A stretch of DNA of 60,021 nt, the filler included. It is 9 parts of 9 records of this genome, joined end to end, with 100 filler letters (N's around TTAATTAATTAA, not from the genome) between each part and the next. Parts side by side here need not be neighbours in the genome. Positions count along the whole stretch, not along the records: positions 1 to 7,774 come from SRR31147125_40954; positions 7,875 to 15,629 come from SRR31147125_40991; 7 more parts are not named here. One strand, given 5' to 3'. Below, in pieces: positions 1-11,474 of this stretch (within the stretch, counting starts at the first letter, position 1; the number at the start of each line of letters is the position of its first letter). The translations under genes were made by a program, and so were the position numbers. The notes below the pieces were generated by a model. That model was not told where the DNA came from. It saw only the letters and a program-made list of their open reading frames with translations, and searched no databases.

Positions 1-111
1 CACCATCTTATTTATAGTTACGTAAAGAATGAACAATCTTTACTCACAGCACACAACGCGCTGGAACGGGAGCTTCTGTCTAAAATACTTCTTATTTATT
101 TACGACTGTAT

Positions 112-582
112 CTATTTATCCTTGAATATTTTAGAAAAAAACCTTGATATTCCATATGAAGTATGTTCAACATCTAATGGAGATGTACAAATAAAAATAT
201 TATCAACTTTTTTAATATTATTATAATTTTTCAAAGAATTAAACATACTATAGTGTTTACGATTGTGTAAATTATACAATTTATACACATCTCTTTGCGG
301 GTCATTTGAGGTTCTAAATTCTTTCAGTTTTCTATCCTTAATTTTAAATGTTCCAATATCCTCAATTTCTATAATGCTTTTTTTTACAGTGAATAATTTC
401 CTACTACATGATAGCAATGTAGTTGATTGTGCAAAAAGGAAATAATTTGCACTATCCTCGGAGAAGCATACAATACAAGGAAAAATATCGTAATTACCGA
501 CGTAACAATTTCCAGATTGACCATTCATATATTTTATAAGAAAAAACATGAATGGTATAACTAATAATAATTTTTTATTCAT
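112..582 (-). CDS. Putative immunity protein for the upstream RHS toxin (exported, low GC)
   Basis: 156 aa with a signal-peptide-like N-terminus (MNKKLLLVIPFMFFL). Its start overlaps the RHS stop codon by 4 nt. Very AT-rich. Confidence 0.55.
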   Translation of the reverse strand: MNKKLLLVIPFMFFLIKYMNGQSGNCYVGNYDIFPCIVCFSEDSANYFLFAQSTTLLSCSRKLFTVKKSIIEIEDIGTFKIKDRKLKEFRTSNDPQRDVYKLYNLHNRKHYSMFNSLKNYNNIKKVDNIFICTSPLDVEHTSYGISRFFSKIFKDK

Positions 583-3500
583 TTTGAAATAAGTTTGTTG
601 TATAGATTATAATTATTTTTATTCAATTGTTTCCAACCAGTTCTGAATTGATTTGCCTTAAATGAGCTTCGACCGAATCTGACATATTGTGTATTATATG
701 CCCAGCTTTCAGTAAAATATACTAAGCCTACTTGAATTTTTCCATTAAGCCATCCTTGATATTTAAATGATAAATACTTAGAATGCATGGCTCCTGTAAA
801 ATAGTGTTCAGCATGAACAAGTTCATGAATTGAGGTTCGAATAAATTGTTTACCACTTTTTCTAGCTAATTCGTTCATGTAAATACGTGTATCTCTAATA
901 TCTAACCTTGCACCATCCATTATCGAATATTCTTTATTCCCAGCTATAGGCTTTGTTGAACCATATGCCCCTCCTGATCTGCCTGCTACCACTTGAGGAT
1001 TTCCTGCATTTGCATATTCATTAGGGTACAAGCTTTGCATTAATTGTTGTTCATTAATATTTCCCGTTTCATAGCTATTCCATAATGCTTTTTGGCTTTT
1101 ACTCATCCCTCCTGTTAATTTATTCCAGCCATATTTCTCTGCAACCTTATATCCACTAATGGCTCCTGTAACACCACCAGTCATAGCACCCAGTAATGCA
1201 CCATCCCTCCATTCTCCTCCTGCAGCAACCGATGTAATTCCACCTGAAACATATCCTGCCCCAGTTCCCCATAATGCACCTGGAATTATTCCTGAAATAT
1301 TAAAAGCATTGGCCAACATACCAGAACCAGCTCCAAGTATCATTGATAGGGCTGAAACACTTATACTTTTCCCAAATCCACTCCAGAAATTTCCTCCACT
1401 ATTGGAAGCATCTATTCCTGCTTGCATAGCTTGTGTTACTGCAAAATATCCTCCAATAACAAACCAAATAAATTCGCCGTTAGGATCACTATACATCAAC
1501 GGATTGTTTAATCCATAACTATACCTGTTAAAATTTTGTGTAAAATCAGGCATTTGCACATAATTATCCGGGCTTAAGAACATACCAAGAATTGGGTCGT
1601 AAACACGTCCGTTCATGTTTATGAGCCCAAAATTCTCGAGGTGTTCGTGGCCGGTAAAGCCCCTTGCTGTTAACATCCCCGTTGGTGCAGAGGCAAGTTT
1701 TACACCCGTATCGTAGTCACGGCGGTTGCCCCAGGCATCAAAACTGTGCTTTTCTTCAATGGTGCCGCTTGCATTGGTAATGCAACTTATTGAACCCAGA
1801 TAATCTGTATACACGTAGTGAAAATCACCGCCTGTATCATCGCCTTCGAAAATAGCTACCAGGTTACCATAAGCATAAATATAATTCAATTCTTTTTCTG
1901 TGCCGTCGCCAAGTACTTCTTTCTCATACGTATCAAAGAAGTAGCGGGTGTACTGCGTTGTACTATTGTTTGCATATACTGTCTTGAAACGTTGGTCGTC
2001 AGCCCCATAGGTTACAGTAAGTACTTTATTACCTTCTGTAATTGTTTTGGTCATTCCGCTGGATGTATAAGTGAGCGAATGACTTGGTAATGAAACAACA
2101 GGAGCACTAATTTTTTCAACTTTGTGGTTGCTATTAGATACATATTCATAAATCCCTAAATCAGATTTTTCTTCTATCCGGTCGTTGGGACTGTCCTTAT
2201 ATTTCATGGTAAGACTTTCTCCTCCTGTTGCTGTTTTTAACCGATTAACAGCATCGTATCCAAAGGTTTCATTTATGCCTTTCCACTGGCTGTCTACCCA
2301 ATAATTCTCTGTTCGGTTTGTTAATTGATTTTTGTTGTTATAAGTATACGTAAAGTCAATATGGCCAGGTACTGTAATGGAATTTAACCGATCCTGTGTA
2401 TCATATCCATAGTTTATTTGTTTGCTATTGCCCAACGTAGCACTTGTTATTTGCCCAAGGGTATTAACATTATCCGTTTGTTTCCAGATGGAAGTTGTGC
2501 CTTTCTTAACTTCCTGTAAATCTCCGAAACTATTATAGCTATAGTTTAAAACAATACCGGAAGGATATTTAAGAGTGCTAACATTACCATCCCCATCGTA
2601 TGTGTATTCATAATCGAACGATTCTGTTCCATCACTGCGGGTTTCTTTTTTAACGCGCATCAAATCGTCATACTCGTAAGAAAATTCATCTACGCTGTTC
2701 CTGTTAATACGGCTCAATGTACCTAGTTTATCGTTTTCATCGTAAAAATAGGTAATTTGGTTTTCGCCTGTAATACTTTTCGTATTAACCCGTCCCAGAA
2801 GATCGTACGTCAAAATTGTTTCTTTTCCTCTTGGATCGGTCTGTTTTAATAATTCTCCAAATACATTGTACTCATTGTAATGCATTGTACCAGCATCAGG
2901 ATCAGCCAATGCGCTTTGGAGACCCGTTGTTGCATTATAGCTAATTGTTGTTGTACCACCAGGGGCAAAATTTTCCATACCTGCCCATCTGAAAAATAAC
3001 TGTACGTAATCGTTCCTCCCGGGTCGGTTGCAGATGTTAATAAACCAGAACCATCATAGGTTTTACTATAAACCTCTCCTGTTGAAAATGTTTTAGTCAC
3101 TGTCTTACCAGGATAACTATATGTAATATTTACTCCATTGGGTAGATTTTCTTTTTCAAGAAGCCCATTATCTTTATATTCAAAGGTTGTTATCTTGGTT
3201 GATGTGGCTCCAGGTGCATTTTTTTGAATAACCTGGCCTTTATTGTTATAATAAACGTCAGTATATATTCTTTTTCCTTTGTATGGTACCGATACCTTTC
3301 TCAAGGTACGGCCGAGAAAATCAAAATATTCAGCCCCATTAAAATCTCCATCTTCATCAATTATCTCTGTGTAATAAGCAGGCAATCCATGGCTGGGCTT
3401 ATCAGAACCTCCTGCCCAGTAAGTGTTTTTACTCACGGATCGGCCATCGGGCCCTGTTGTTTTTGTTAACCTTCCCCAAGTATCGTAAACATTTATAATT

Positions 3501-6500
3501 TTTAAGCCATTGGGATCCTCGGTTTCGGTAACATTTCCCCAGGCATCATATTTTATTGATGTTGGTCTGTCGAGCGGATCTATTTCTGTTTCAACAAACC
3601 GCCCATCTGCTGTATATTCGTATTCTGTCTCACGCGGTTCACTCGATTCAAAACCAGCAACTATTTTATCAACGTTCCCAAAAGAATCATAAAAATATTT
3701 TGTTTTTAATCCTTTGGCCAAAGTGGTTTCAACATCACCATTTGTTGTGTATGTGTAAGTTTCTGTACTGGCAACATCTGTTACTCCGTTTCGTCTATAC
3801 GTAATGGAAACTTGCGCGGGCGAACCTTCAGTGTTGAAATCACTATATGATTTGAATATCTGAGATTCGTTTGTGTTTATCTTTACAACTTCCGAAGTGA
3901 GGTTATCACCAGTGTATACAATTGTTTTCTCACTTTTATTGCCGGTGAGCAAGTCCTCCTCCAGAATACTTGAGGCATAGTTAAAATATCGTTTATCTGT
4001 TTCTGGTGTGCCCTCTGTAGTATAACTATAAGTAGTTTTTGAAAGAGGGGTATCGTCTGCTGCAAATGTCTCATTAGATGCAACCTGTGTAAAATAGAAA
4101 TCCGTGTTTACTTCATAATTTGTAATTGTACTACCAGTTAAAGAATTATCAGTAGTGACTTTTGCAAACCCCAGGAATCCTTTTCCCAGTGTATGCACTT
4201 TTGCATCCTGGTAGCCGTACGTTGTAATGGATTGCCCTCCAACACCATCATCTGTTGTTACTTCATCTACAACATACATTGCAGCGTTGATATTTATTAG
4301 CGGATACTCACCTGATGATGTTTTTGAATAAACTTCATTATCCGTTAATGGGGCATAAGAAATTTCAGTAGTACGGTTTAACCCATCAATTATGCCATTT
4401 ACCAGGTAACCAGGATGACCCGTTGCAAATTTATAATTGGCATACCCAATACAACCTATCTCATAAATGCCATCACCATTATAATCACCAGGGAAAACAT
4501 TATAACCTACAGTTTTATCCATGGCCATTTCATCAAATTCAAGCCTTCCTTTGCTATAATAGATTTTTTGAAGCTTATTATCTTTAAACAGTGTAAGATC
4601 AGTCCGGCCATCACCATTAATGTCGAGTACTGTGGAATGTGTGGGGAATAACGAAGTGATGTAACCAAAACTATATACTCTATCATAGTCATAATTTTGA
4701 GTAAATAGCTCTCGGCCAAGATATACGTTTTCAAAAATGGGTTCTCCATTTTCATCATAAATAGGGTATCCGGTTTCAGGATCTAATTTGATTCTTTCTT
4801 CCCAAGTATCTTCTCCCAATAATAATAATTCCGTCAATCCATCACCATCAGTATCAATTACGCCAATTGCAGTGACGTCATCCGGTATTGTGCCAATATA
4901 AAAATCCTCAGTGGATGATTTCCAAATATAAGATATCCCTTGCCTGGTAACAAAATCTAATCTTCCATCAGCATTTAAATCTCCCCAATATACTTCATCA
5001 AAATATTCTGACCTGCTTGTAGTTCCAATTTCTTCAAAACTCCCACTACCTTCCAAGTTTAAAGAACAAACAGTTGTACCACCAGCAATTAAATCTGTTT
5101 TACCATCTTGATTGAAATCAATAGGAGCTGTTGTAGGAAGGATAGTTGTTGTAAATTCTTTTTCAATAGAAAAACCTCCATTATGAAACCCTAAAAGATA
5201 GGCTGTGTAATCTCCTGTCCACGAAAGATTAAGGACATAGTCAAAATCATTAATGTTAAAAGGTTTGTTATCCGAGAGACTGTTCATATATTGGCAGATA
5301 GCACTCGTTGAAGTTAAATCATAGTTTTTAACAAATTCGAATATTTCCATCTCTCCATCCCCGTCAAAATCTCCAGTAATAGTCTTAACTATATCCGGTA
5401 AACCATCAACATTGTCAGGAATATAATCTAAATTGCCACAAATGGATAATATTGGATGCCATTCATCATAGAAATTTGAACGGACAAGATTATATTCCGA
5501 TCCTTTAACATTTATTCCACTCTCAGTGCCTTTGTTAAGGTAGCAGGAGAAACTATTTATTGTTAAAATATCTGAGAAACCATCTCCGTTAAAATCTCCT
5601 GGGGCATATTTATCTCCTGTTTGTATGTTAAAAGTCTGAGTTGAATAATTACTACTAAAATTCGTTTTACTCCATGTGCACATAGTTGAATTTAAAGCAT
5701 TGTCCTTACCGTCTTCCTGTACCATCTCATAAAGGCAGGAGACACCATCTTGTATGGTGTAATTAAATTTATAAATAGAAATATTATCTGCATTGTTTTT
5801 TATGGTTATTTGAGCTAAAAGTAAGTCTTGTGTTACATCTTCATAATGTATTTTCCCTTTCCACGTATCTTCTCTTTTATTATATCCAAAAATAATTTCG
5901 TTAGTTGGATCTTTTCCAAGTATTTCATTTCCACCGTATTCTATACGTTGAATAGTAATCTGACCATTTTCTGAATCGTTATTATAATAATATCTTATGT
6001 AGTTACCGTATTCATCAACAACTTTATTGAGCATCCAGGCTATTACTTCTGAATCGCTCTTGTATTTAGCATTATCATCTTTACCATATTCCATTACCTT
6101 ACCATCACGCGTTGTTACGCGGAACCAGATATTTGATGAAGTACCCTCTTTTTCAATAGTTAAAAAAGATTTACTTTCTGTTTCGAAATCATCAGCACAC
6201 AATCCATATTCGTTTGCAGTAATACTTATCAATCTTTGCCCATCAAGTGATAGCCTATCATTACAAGTCACTAAAAGAATACCTTCGATTTCATCATCAA
6301 AATAAAGCGATCTTCCTGTGCGGCTGATGGACGAAAGACCAGCTAAACTCCATCCAGCGCCCATGTTACCGTTACCTCCCTGACTGTTATAAACAACTGA
6401 GAGTTCTGGCTGCATACCGGCTATCCCTGAAGGTACTCCTATTGGAATAGAATAATTGGCAGCACCGGTAGGAGAAACATTAAAACTCCCCGCTATTGAA

Positions 6501-6820
6501 CCTACCGGGTTTGATATTCCCAAATCCCTGGTTAAAGGATAACCTGAAGTACCAGGTGTATTTACCACAGTTCCATACTCTGAAGCACAAACAACTGACT
6601 CATCAATTTGAGCCGTAAATGAATAATCTGAGCTAGAAGGTGCATAACTAAATCCTTCCTTTAAAGTTATCGATTCTCGCGCTTTGTAGTTGTATGTTTG
6701 TGTTCCACTATGTGCGCCTTGAACGTCATATGCAGGTGGTAACTGTGCTTCAGCAATATTAAATAATATTTGATTGATAAATATTATAGCTAATAAAACA
6801 CTAAATTTTATCTTTTTCAT
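579..6820 (-). CDS. SpvB/FG-GAP/RHS-repeat polymorphic toxin (about 2080 aa) with C-terminal HExxH metallopeptidase-like domain; single frameshift near 2970
   Basis: ORF 2846..6820 has a signal peptide, the SpvB-type motif (GAANYSIPI...MQPELSVVYNSQ...GWSLAGLSSISR), FG-GAP repeats (GDFNGDGFSD, GDLNADGRLD) and YD repeats. ORF 579..2978 continues the YD repeats into the RHS core (GFTGHEHL...MNGRVYDP...NPLMYSDPNG) and then HELVH. The two frames join at AAAATTTT near 2966-2974. Confidence 0.9.
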
Positions 6821-6845
6821 TTTTTAAATTTTAAGTGGTTTGAAA

Positions 6846-7652
6846 TTATTCTTTCACAATTTTCCATTCGCTCGTCTTATCCCCTGCCTTGAGTATCATA
6901 ATATATGTACCAGGACTATGGTTACTCAAATCAATCGCATTGGATGCGGTGGCATTTTTAATGCTATGTATTAATCTTCCCTGCAAATCGTATATAGAAA
7001 TGCTGGCGTTTGTCTCATCCGTGAAATTTACAATCTCTACAGCAAGCAATCCCTTGGTTGGGTTAGGGTACATTTTAAAAGATAGTTCCTCAAGGTTATC
7101 TGTAAACTCTTCTGGGACAAAATCTTCATCCAAGGCTCCTTTTTTTAAACTGATCGGCATCTCAATTGTCCGGCTGGTGCGGTTGCCAGCATTATCATAA
7201 CCAAACAATATTGGAGGATTGCTGGCATATATTCTTAATTCTTGAATATAAAGGGTGCTGGAACTGGTATTATCTACCATAAACCTAACAGCTTTTGTCC
7301 ATTTATAAATACCTGCAATTGATGTAGGAGGATCAAAATAAGCATCACCATAAGGTAAAAAATCCTGTTCTTCCCCTGTTTCTGATAAAAAAAGTAAATA
7401 CATGTCGCTTGCTGAGCCCGATGATATAAACTCAATAGTCTTAATATAATAAACATCATCTAACTCAACCGTAAACCAGTTTCCATACGTATTGGGGGCA
7501 ACGGCGGCAGATGTTCCCGTATTCCCATCGTTTATCCTTTCAGGATAGGTAATACCAGTAACATTTATTAATGTTCCATTTGGTGCTATATTCTGCGCTA
7601 TTAGCCTGTTGGCCATTAGACTTATAAAAATAACAAAGTATATTTTCTTCAT
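6846..7652 (-). CDS. T9SS type A sorting domain protein with discoidin-like N-terminus and a single YD-like motif
   Basis: Signal peptide, FGYDNAGNRTSR motif, and C-terminal YPNPTKG...IYDLQGR...GTYIMIL...KIVKE typical of the Por secretion CTD. Confidence 0.85.
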   Translation of the reverse strand: MKKIYFVIFISLMANRLIAQNIAPNGTLINVTGITYPERINDGNTGTSAAVAPNTYGNWFTVELDDVYYIKTIEFISSGSASDMYLLFLSETGEEQDFLPYGDAYFDPPTSIAGIYKWTKAVRFMVDNTSSSTLYIQELRIYASNPPILFGYDNAGNRTSRTIEMPISLKKGALDEDFVPEEFTDNLEELSFKMYPNPTKGLLAVEIVNFTDETNASISIYDLQGRLIHSIKNATASNAIDLSNHSPGTYIMILKAGDKTSEWKIVKE

Positions 7653-7656
7653 GGCT

Positions 7657-7773
7657 TTATTGTTTTTTAGTTTCTAACACATTTATTTTTTCTTGTAATA
7701 TTTTATTTTCTTCTTTAACAGATTGTAATTCTATGTTCATGTCGATCACATAAAGCGTCAACTCCTCAATCTT
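7657..7773 (-). CDS. 3' end of a Bacteroidota tail-fibre-like / S74-chaperone-like protein (partial; not in the ORF track)
   Basis: Manual translation of the minus strand gives KIEELTLYVIDMNIELQSVKEENKILQEKINVLETKKQ*. KIEELTLY followed by a coiled coil is the hallmark C-terminus of this family. The stop lies 4 nt before the next ATG. Confidence 0.75.
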   Translation of the reverse strand, partial: KIEELTLYVIDMNIELQSVKEENKILQEKINVLETKKQ

Positions 7774-7774
7774 C

Positions 7775-7874
7775 NNNNNNNNNNNNNNNNNNNNNNNNNN
7801 NNNNNNNNNNNNNNNNNNTTAATTAATTAANNNNNNNNNNNNNNNNNNNNNNNNNNNNNNNNNNNNNNNNNNNN
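7775..7874. other. Artificial contig linker
   Basis: N44-TTAATTAATTAA-N44 with stop codons in all six frames. Identical at all eight junctions. Confidence 0.99.
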
Positions 7875-8857
7875 TTTTTCTGAGTAAAGTACCTAATCAT
7901 TTTATTTAATTTTTCAAAAATATGAGGAACAAGTATGAAACCAAGTTTATATTCATTTAATAGTATTTCCTGAATTTTCTTATCTGTATAATTGTATAGC
8001 TTCCCTTGTAATACAACATGAATGGTACGTACAAATGATTCGTTTACAGTATCTTGCCAATTGCTATAACTGGTTTCTTTTTCTGCTGATAATGGGTACA
8101 ATTCTTTAAAATGATTAACCTCTGACAAGTGTTTTTCCGTCAGAGGATTAATAATTTCGTGCAATGCTTCATGATAAAACGCTGAAGGACTTGGCTCACT
8201 ACAAGATGGGCCATGAATAATATACAAGATACCATTTACAGAGACATTCTGCGCTGTAAAATAAGACATCTGTGGGCAAATCATAAAATGTATCTTTGTA
8301 TTGTTTTCAGAGTAAAAATCTTCTTTAACCCGGCAATATTTTACAATATGTTCTAATGCTTCTTGTGCATAGGGTCTGTATTTTTCATTTATTTCATTTA
8401 AAATTGGTTTATATTTTTTAAAAAGCCTGTTGATTTCAGCTTTCTGATAAAATTCTGCTAACAAGACAGATAAACCTGAATATTTTTTTTCACTTTCCAG
8501 ACCATAATCAGTACTCTGAGGGTCATAGCTTATATTAAATTCCGGTGCGCCATCTGTTATTAAAGCATAAGGTGCAAAACCGGACCAACTACCTTTATTA
8601 TGACTGAAATGAAAATCCCTGATCTTCTTTTGATATGTTGAATCTAATTTTGATTTTATATATTCTCTGATTTCAATTCTGATGGGATTCATACCTTCAT
8701 CTCTCCACTCATGATCAAACCCGGCAGCATTCATAAATGCATAAGCTGTGAATAGTCTTTCATCGGGTGTAAAAACATAATAGTCTGAGTTTTTGCGAGA
8801 GAATTGACAACCAATATTTAGAACAATGAAAATCATAAATAAATAATTTTTCTTCAT
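7875..8857 (-). CDS. DUF4932-like lipoprotein, putative gluzincin metallopeptidase (3' end at contig edge)
   Basis: Lipobox-like LNIGC. HEALH motif with a downstream NESFVR glutamate. Confidence 0.6.
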
Positions 8858-9164
8858 TTCCGCCTCTTTGTTTTTATGAATGCATAATTTCAGGTAAAAT
8901 AAAAATCAATTAAATTTATTATCACTTTATCAACCGTAATTTTAGTGCGGCTGCAAATTGTCTCAATCGCCAATTAACCAGATTACCCGAATAGCGCATG
9001 TGAATAGATAAATCAGCCAAACCAATCTTCAAAAGGATTAGCAAAATATATTTTCAGCAAAAGTCTAAGATATAATTGCTTTTCCTTGTAGCGGATAATG
9101 AGATTTACTTTCACAAGGTTCTCATATGAACCCCAACCGCGCTTCTACCCTATTCAACGCACTG

Positions 9165-10075
9165 TCATATACTTTCAAAATAATTTTTAATAACTGTAAA
9201 AATTTCATCTTCCGTAACGGGTTTGTCAATCGAGCGAATGAAACCCTCTTTATCGATGATAAAAGATTTCATCAAATTGCCAACCTGATATAATTTTCTG
9301 TTATTATCCCACATTCCTTTAGCTAATACATGTGTCCAATTTAATGGTATAACCTGGGTATCCGTATTTGAAAGATGACGGTCAATGTTCCCGTTTGCAT
9401 CAAAAGTCAAAGGCGCACCAATACACACAATTTCCAGATCGTAATTTGTGTCTTTCAGGCGTTCAATGGCTTTGTGTACATGCTTAATATGATTTTGGGG
9501 ATTACATGTCCAGAAATACAAAAATATATTTTTCCCCTTCAGATCAGTTAACTGAAAGATTGTTGAGTCATTTTTGACTGTTTTAAAATTCGGAGCTGGT
9601 AATCCAACTGTAATGGGAGGATTTAATTGAGGATCAAGTATTTTTATCTTTACAAAGTTACCCAAACTATCCACTTCAGTAACGTTGTATGAAAAATTCC
9701 CTATTGTAAATGGTACAAGCATAGTTTCCAAATGATCTTTATAATAATCATAGGTACGGGTTTTGCCTAAATCAATCCATAATTCTGAAGAAATTTTATA
9801 AGTATCTGAAAAAAGATTAATTATACCTATCTGGTATGATTCTCCATCCAGGTTCAGTACTCCAACGCGAACACTTTTTTTGATTTTTCTATCATCTTGT
9901 AAAAATGAGCAGGACTTTCCTTTGGCCAAAGCGGGATATTCTCTATGTATTTCAGACTATCCGGTTTTATGGGGTGTAGATAAACAATAACGGATTTTTC
10001 CTCGTTCGTGCAGGCAATTTGAATAAAAAGCAAAGCTGACAGGATGAATATTAACCTGTAGAATTTAAACATCAT
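9165..10075 (-). CDS. TlpA/redoxin-fold lipoprotein, frameshifted near 9875-9930
   Basis: N-terminal part (LFIQIAC lipobox, GAAGGAG RBS) is in ORF 9854..10171. C-terminal part (VGLPAPNF...LKGKNIFLYFWTC...SFIIDKEGFIR) is in ORF 9165..9929. Confidence 0.65.
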
Positions 10076-10270
10076 GACTCCTTCCATTCCTGTAATAAAT
10101 TGATTGACCAACTTTATGCTTCCCCCGATCTTAAACGACAGTCGCCGGGCAGGTTTATTTATATTAATCAATTCGTTTACATTAATTTACCCATAATTAC
10201 GGTCTGAACCGCAGATCCATTGGATTAATCAGATTACGCAGAAAAAATGGTTATTAATCTAAATCAACTT

Positions 10271-11044
10271 TCAGGATGTTGCCGGAGTTATGATTATCCC
10301 CAACTCCCCCATCTTCTCCACAGCCTTTGGAATATGCTGAGTTTTATGTATCTCCGGCCACCTATTTCGTACATGTCCAGCCCTCATAATAATACCCGGG
10401 TGAGCAAAATGCATCATATTGAATTTTTGCCCACTAACAGATATCTCCTTACACTCCCCATCCAAAAGATCGTTCTGTTTTTTTCCAACCTCTATATTAT
10501 GAAAAAAACCCGCAACTTCTCTCCCCAGGGTGATAATTAATTTCGGATTGGCAATTTGTATTTCCTTTTCAATCCACCATTTACCTTCTTGAGCAATTTG
10601 CCAAAACAATGTTCTCGTCTCCTTTTCAGGCCAGGAATATCCAAGTGATCTATATTTATCGATATGCCCGGATTTAAAAAGAAAAATCTTCACAAGATTT
10701 GTGATCCAGCATTTTTTTCTTTCTATTTTTAAGTGATTCAGATAGTGCTCCTCCAACTCTAATCCGCTATTTACAGGTCTATTCCTTTTCCCATCAAAAT
10801 AGTGATAGGTGGGAAATGGGTACAAATTATCCGCCGCCGGAACATTCTGGACTTTATCTATTGTGGTAAAATGTGCGGACGGATAAGCACCAATAATCAT
10901 GAGACCGTTTGTCACCGTATCCAGAGGCACAACCGGGCGCACGGGTACATTATTATAGTACTTGTAATTTTGAGGTAAAATATCTTTTAGATCCTCCAGA
11001 TATTGTGCATAGAGTTGCTGTTGAAATTCTTTAATAGTATCCAT
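10271..11044 (-). CDS. Uracil-DNA glycosylase superfamily protein
   Basis: Motifs LMIIGAYP, WITNLVK, PKLIITLG and HFAHP match the UDG-fold layout. Confidence 0.75.
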   Translation of the reverse strand: MDTIKEFQQQLYAQYLEDLKDILPQNYKYYNNVPVRPVVPLDTVTNGLMIIGAYPSAHFTTIDKVQNVPAADNLYPFPTYHYFDGKRNRPVNSGLELEEHYLNHLKIERKKCWITNLVKIFLFKSGHIDKYRSLGYSWPEKETRTLFWQIAQEGKWWIEKEIQIANPKLIITLGREVAGFFHNIEVGKKQNDLLDGECKEISVSGQKFNMMHFAHPGIIMRAGHVRNRWPEIHKTQHIPKAVEKMGELGIIITPATS

Positions 11045-11474
11045 TATAATCCCCTAATGTGAGTGAGTTTGCCGAATCAAACTTGATTACTTATAAAATC
11101 ATATAAGGAATAGTAAAAAATGATACTGGTGGCTAGATCTTTTTTACCAGTTTATATTATTTTTCACAGTTGACAATTTGCAAAAGAGACACAGTTATTA
11201 CCCAGGAAATCGTCCTTTATGATGTTGAGCACACACGGCTTGAATAAATTCATAACAGCCCCAAACAAAAAAAGCGTCATAATAATCCATTCGATTACAA
11301 CAGCGCTATTTTATATAATAACCCATCATATTCCCCACCATTATTTTTTAGTATAGTATAAAATATAATAGAAATATTGTGTTATGCAAGATAATAGTGC
11401 GGAATAAAAGACATATTTGGCGAAAGGGACCAAAAGGATACTTTTATACAAGAAAATAGTGAGGAGTTGGCTGC

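Noticed and set aside
2960-2980. Programmed ribosomal frameshift or two-gene split in the RHS toxin
   Set aside because: A single missing base in AAAATTTT restores a continuous YD repeat, and similar indels occur throughout the window.
7775-7874. TTAATTAATTAA motif recurring every 5-8 kb
   Set aside because: It is an artificial six-frame-stop linker inside N runs. ORFs ending in XXXX are artefacts of it.
10205-10245. Short degenerate repeat CGCAGAT...CAGATTACGCAGA
   Set aside because: Too short and present only once here, so it cannot be supported as an element.
7875-11340. Integron cassette array (co-oriented accessory genes)
   Set aside because: I could not find paired RYYYAAC/GTTRRRY cores with internal inverted repeats, and there is no integrase.
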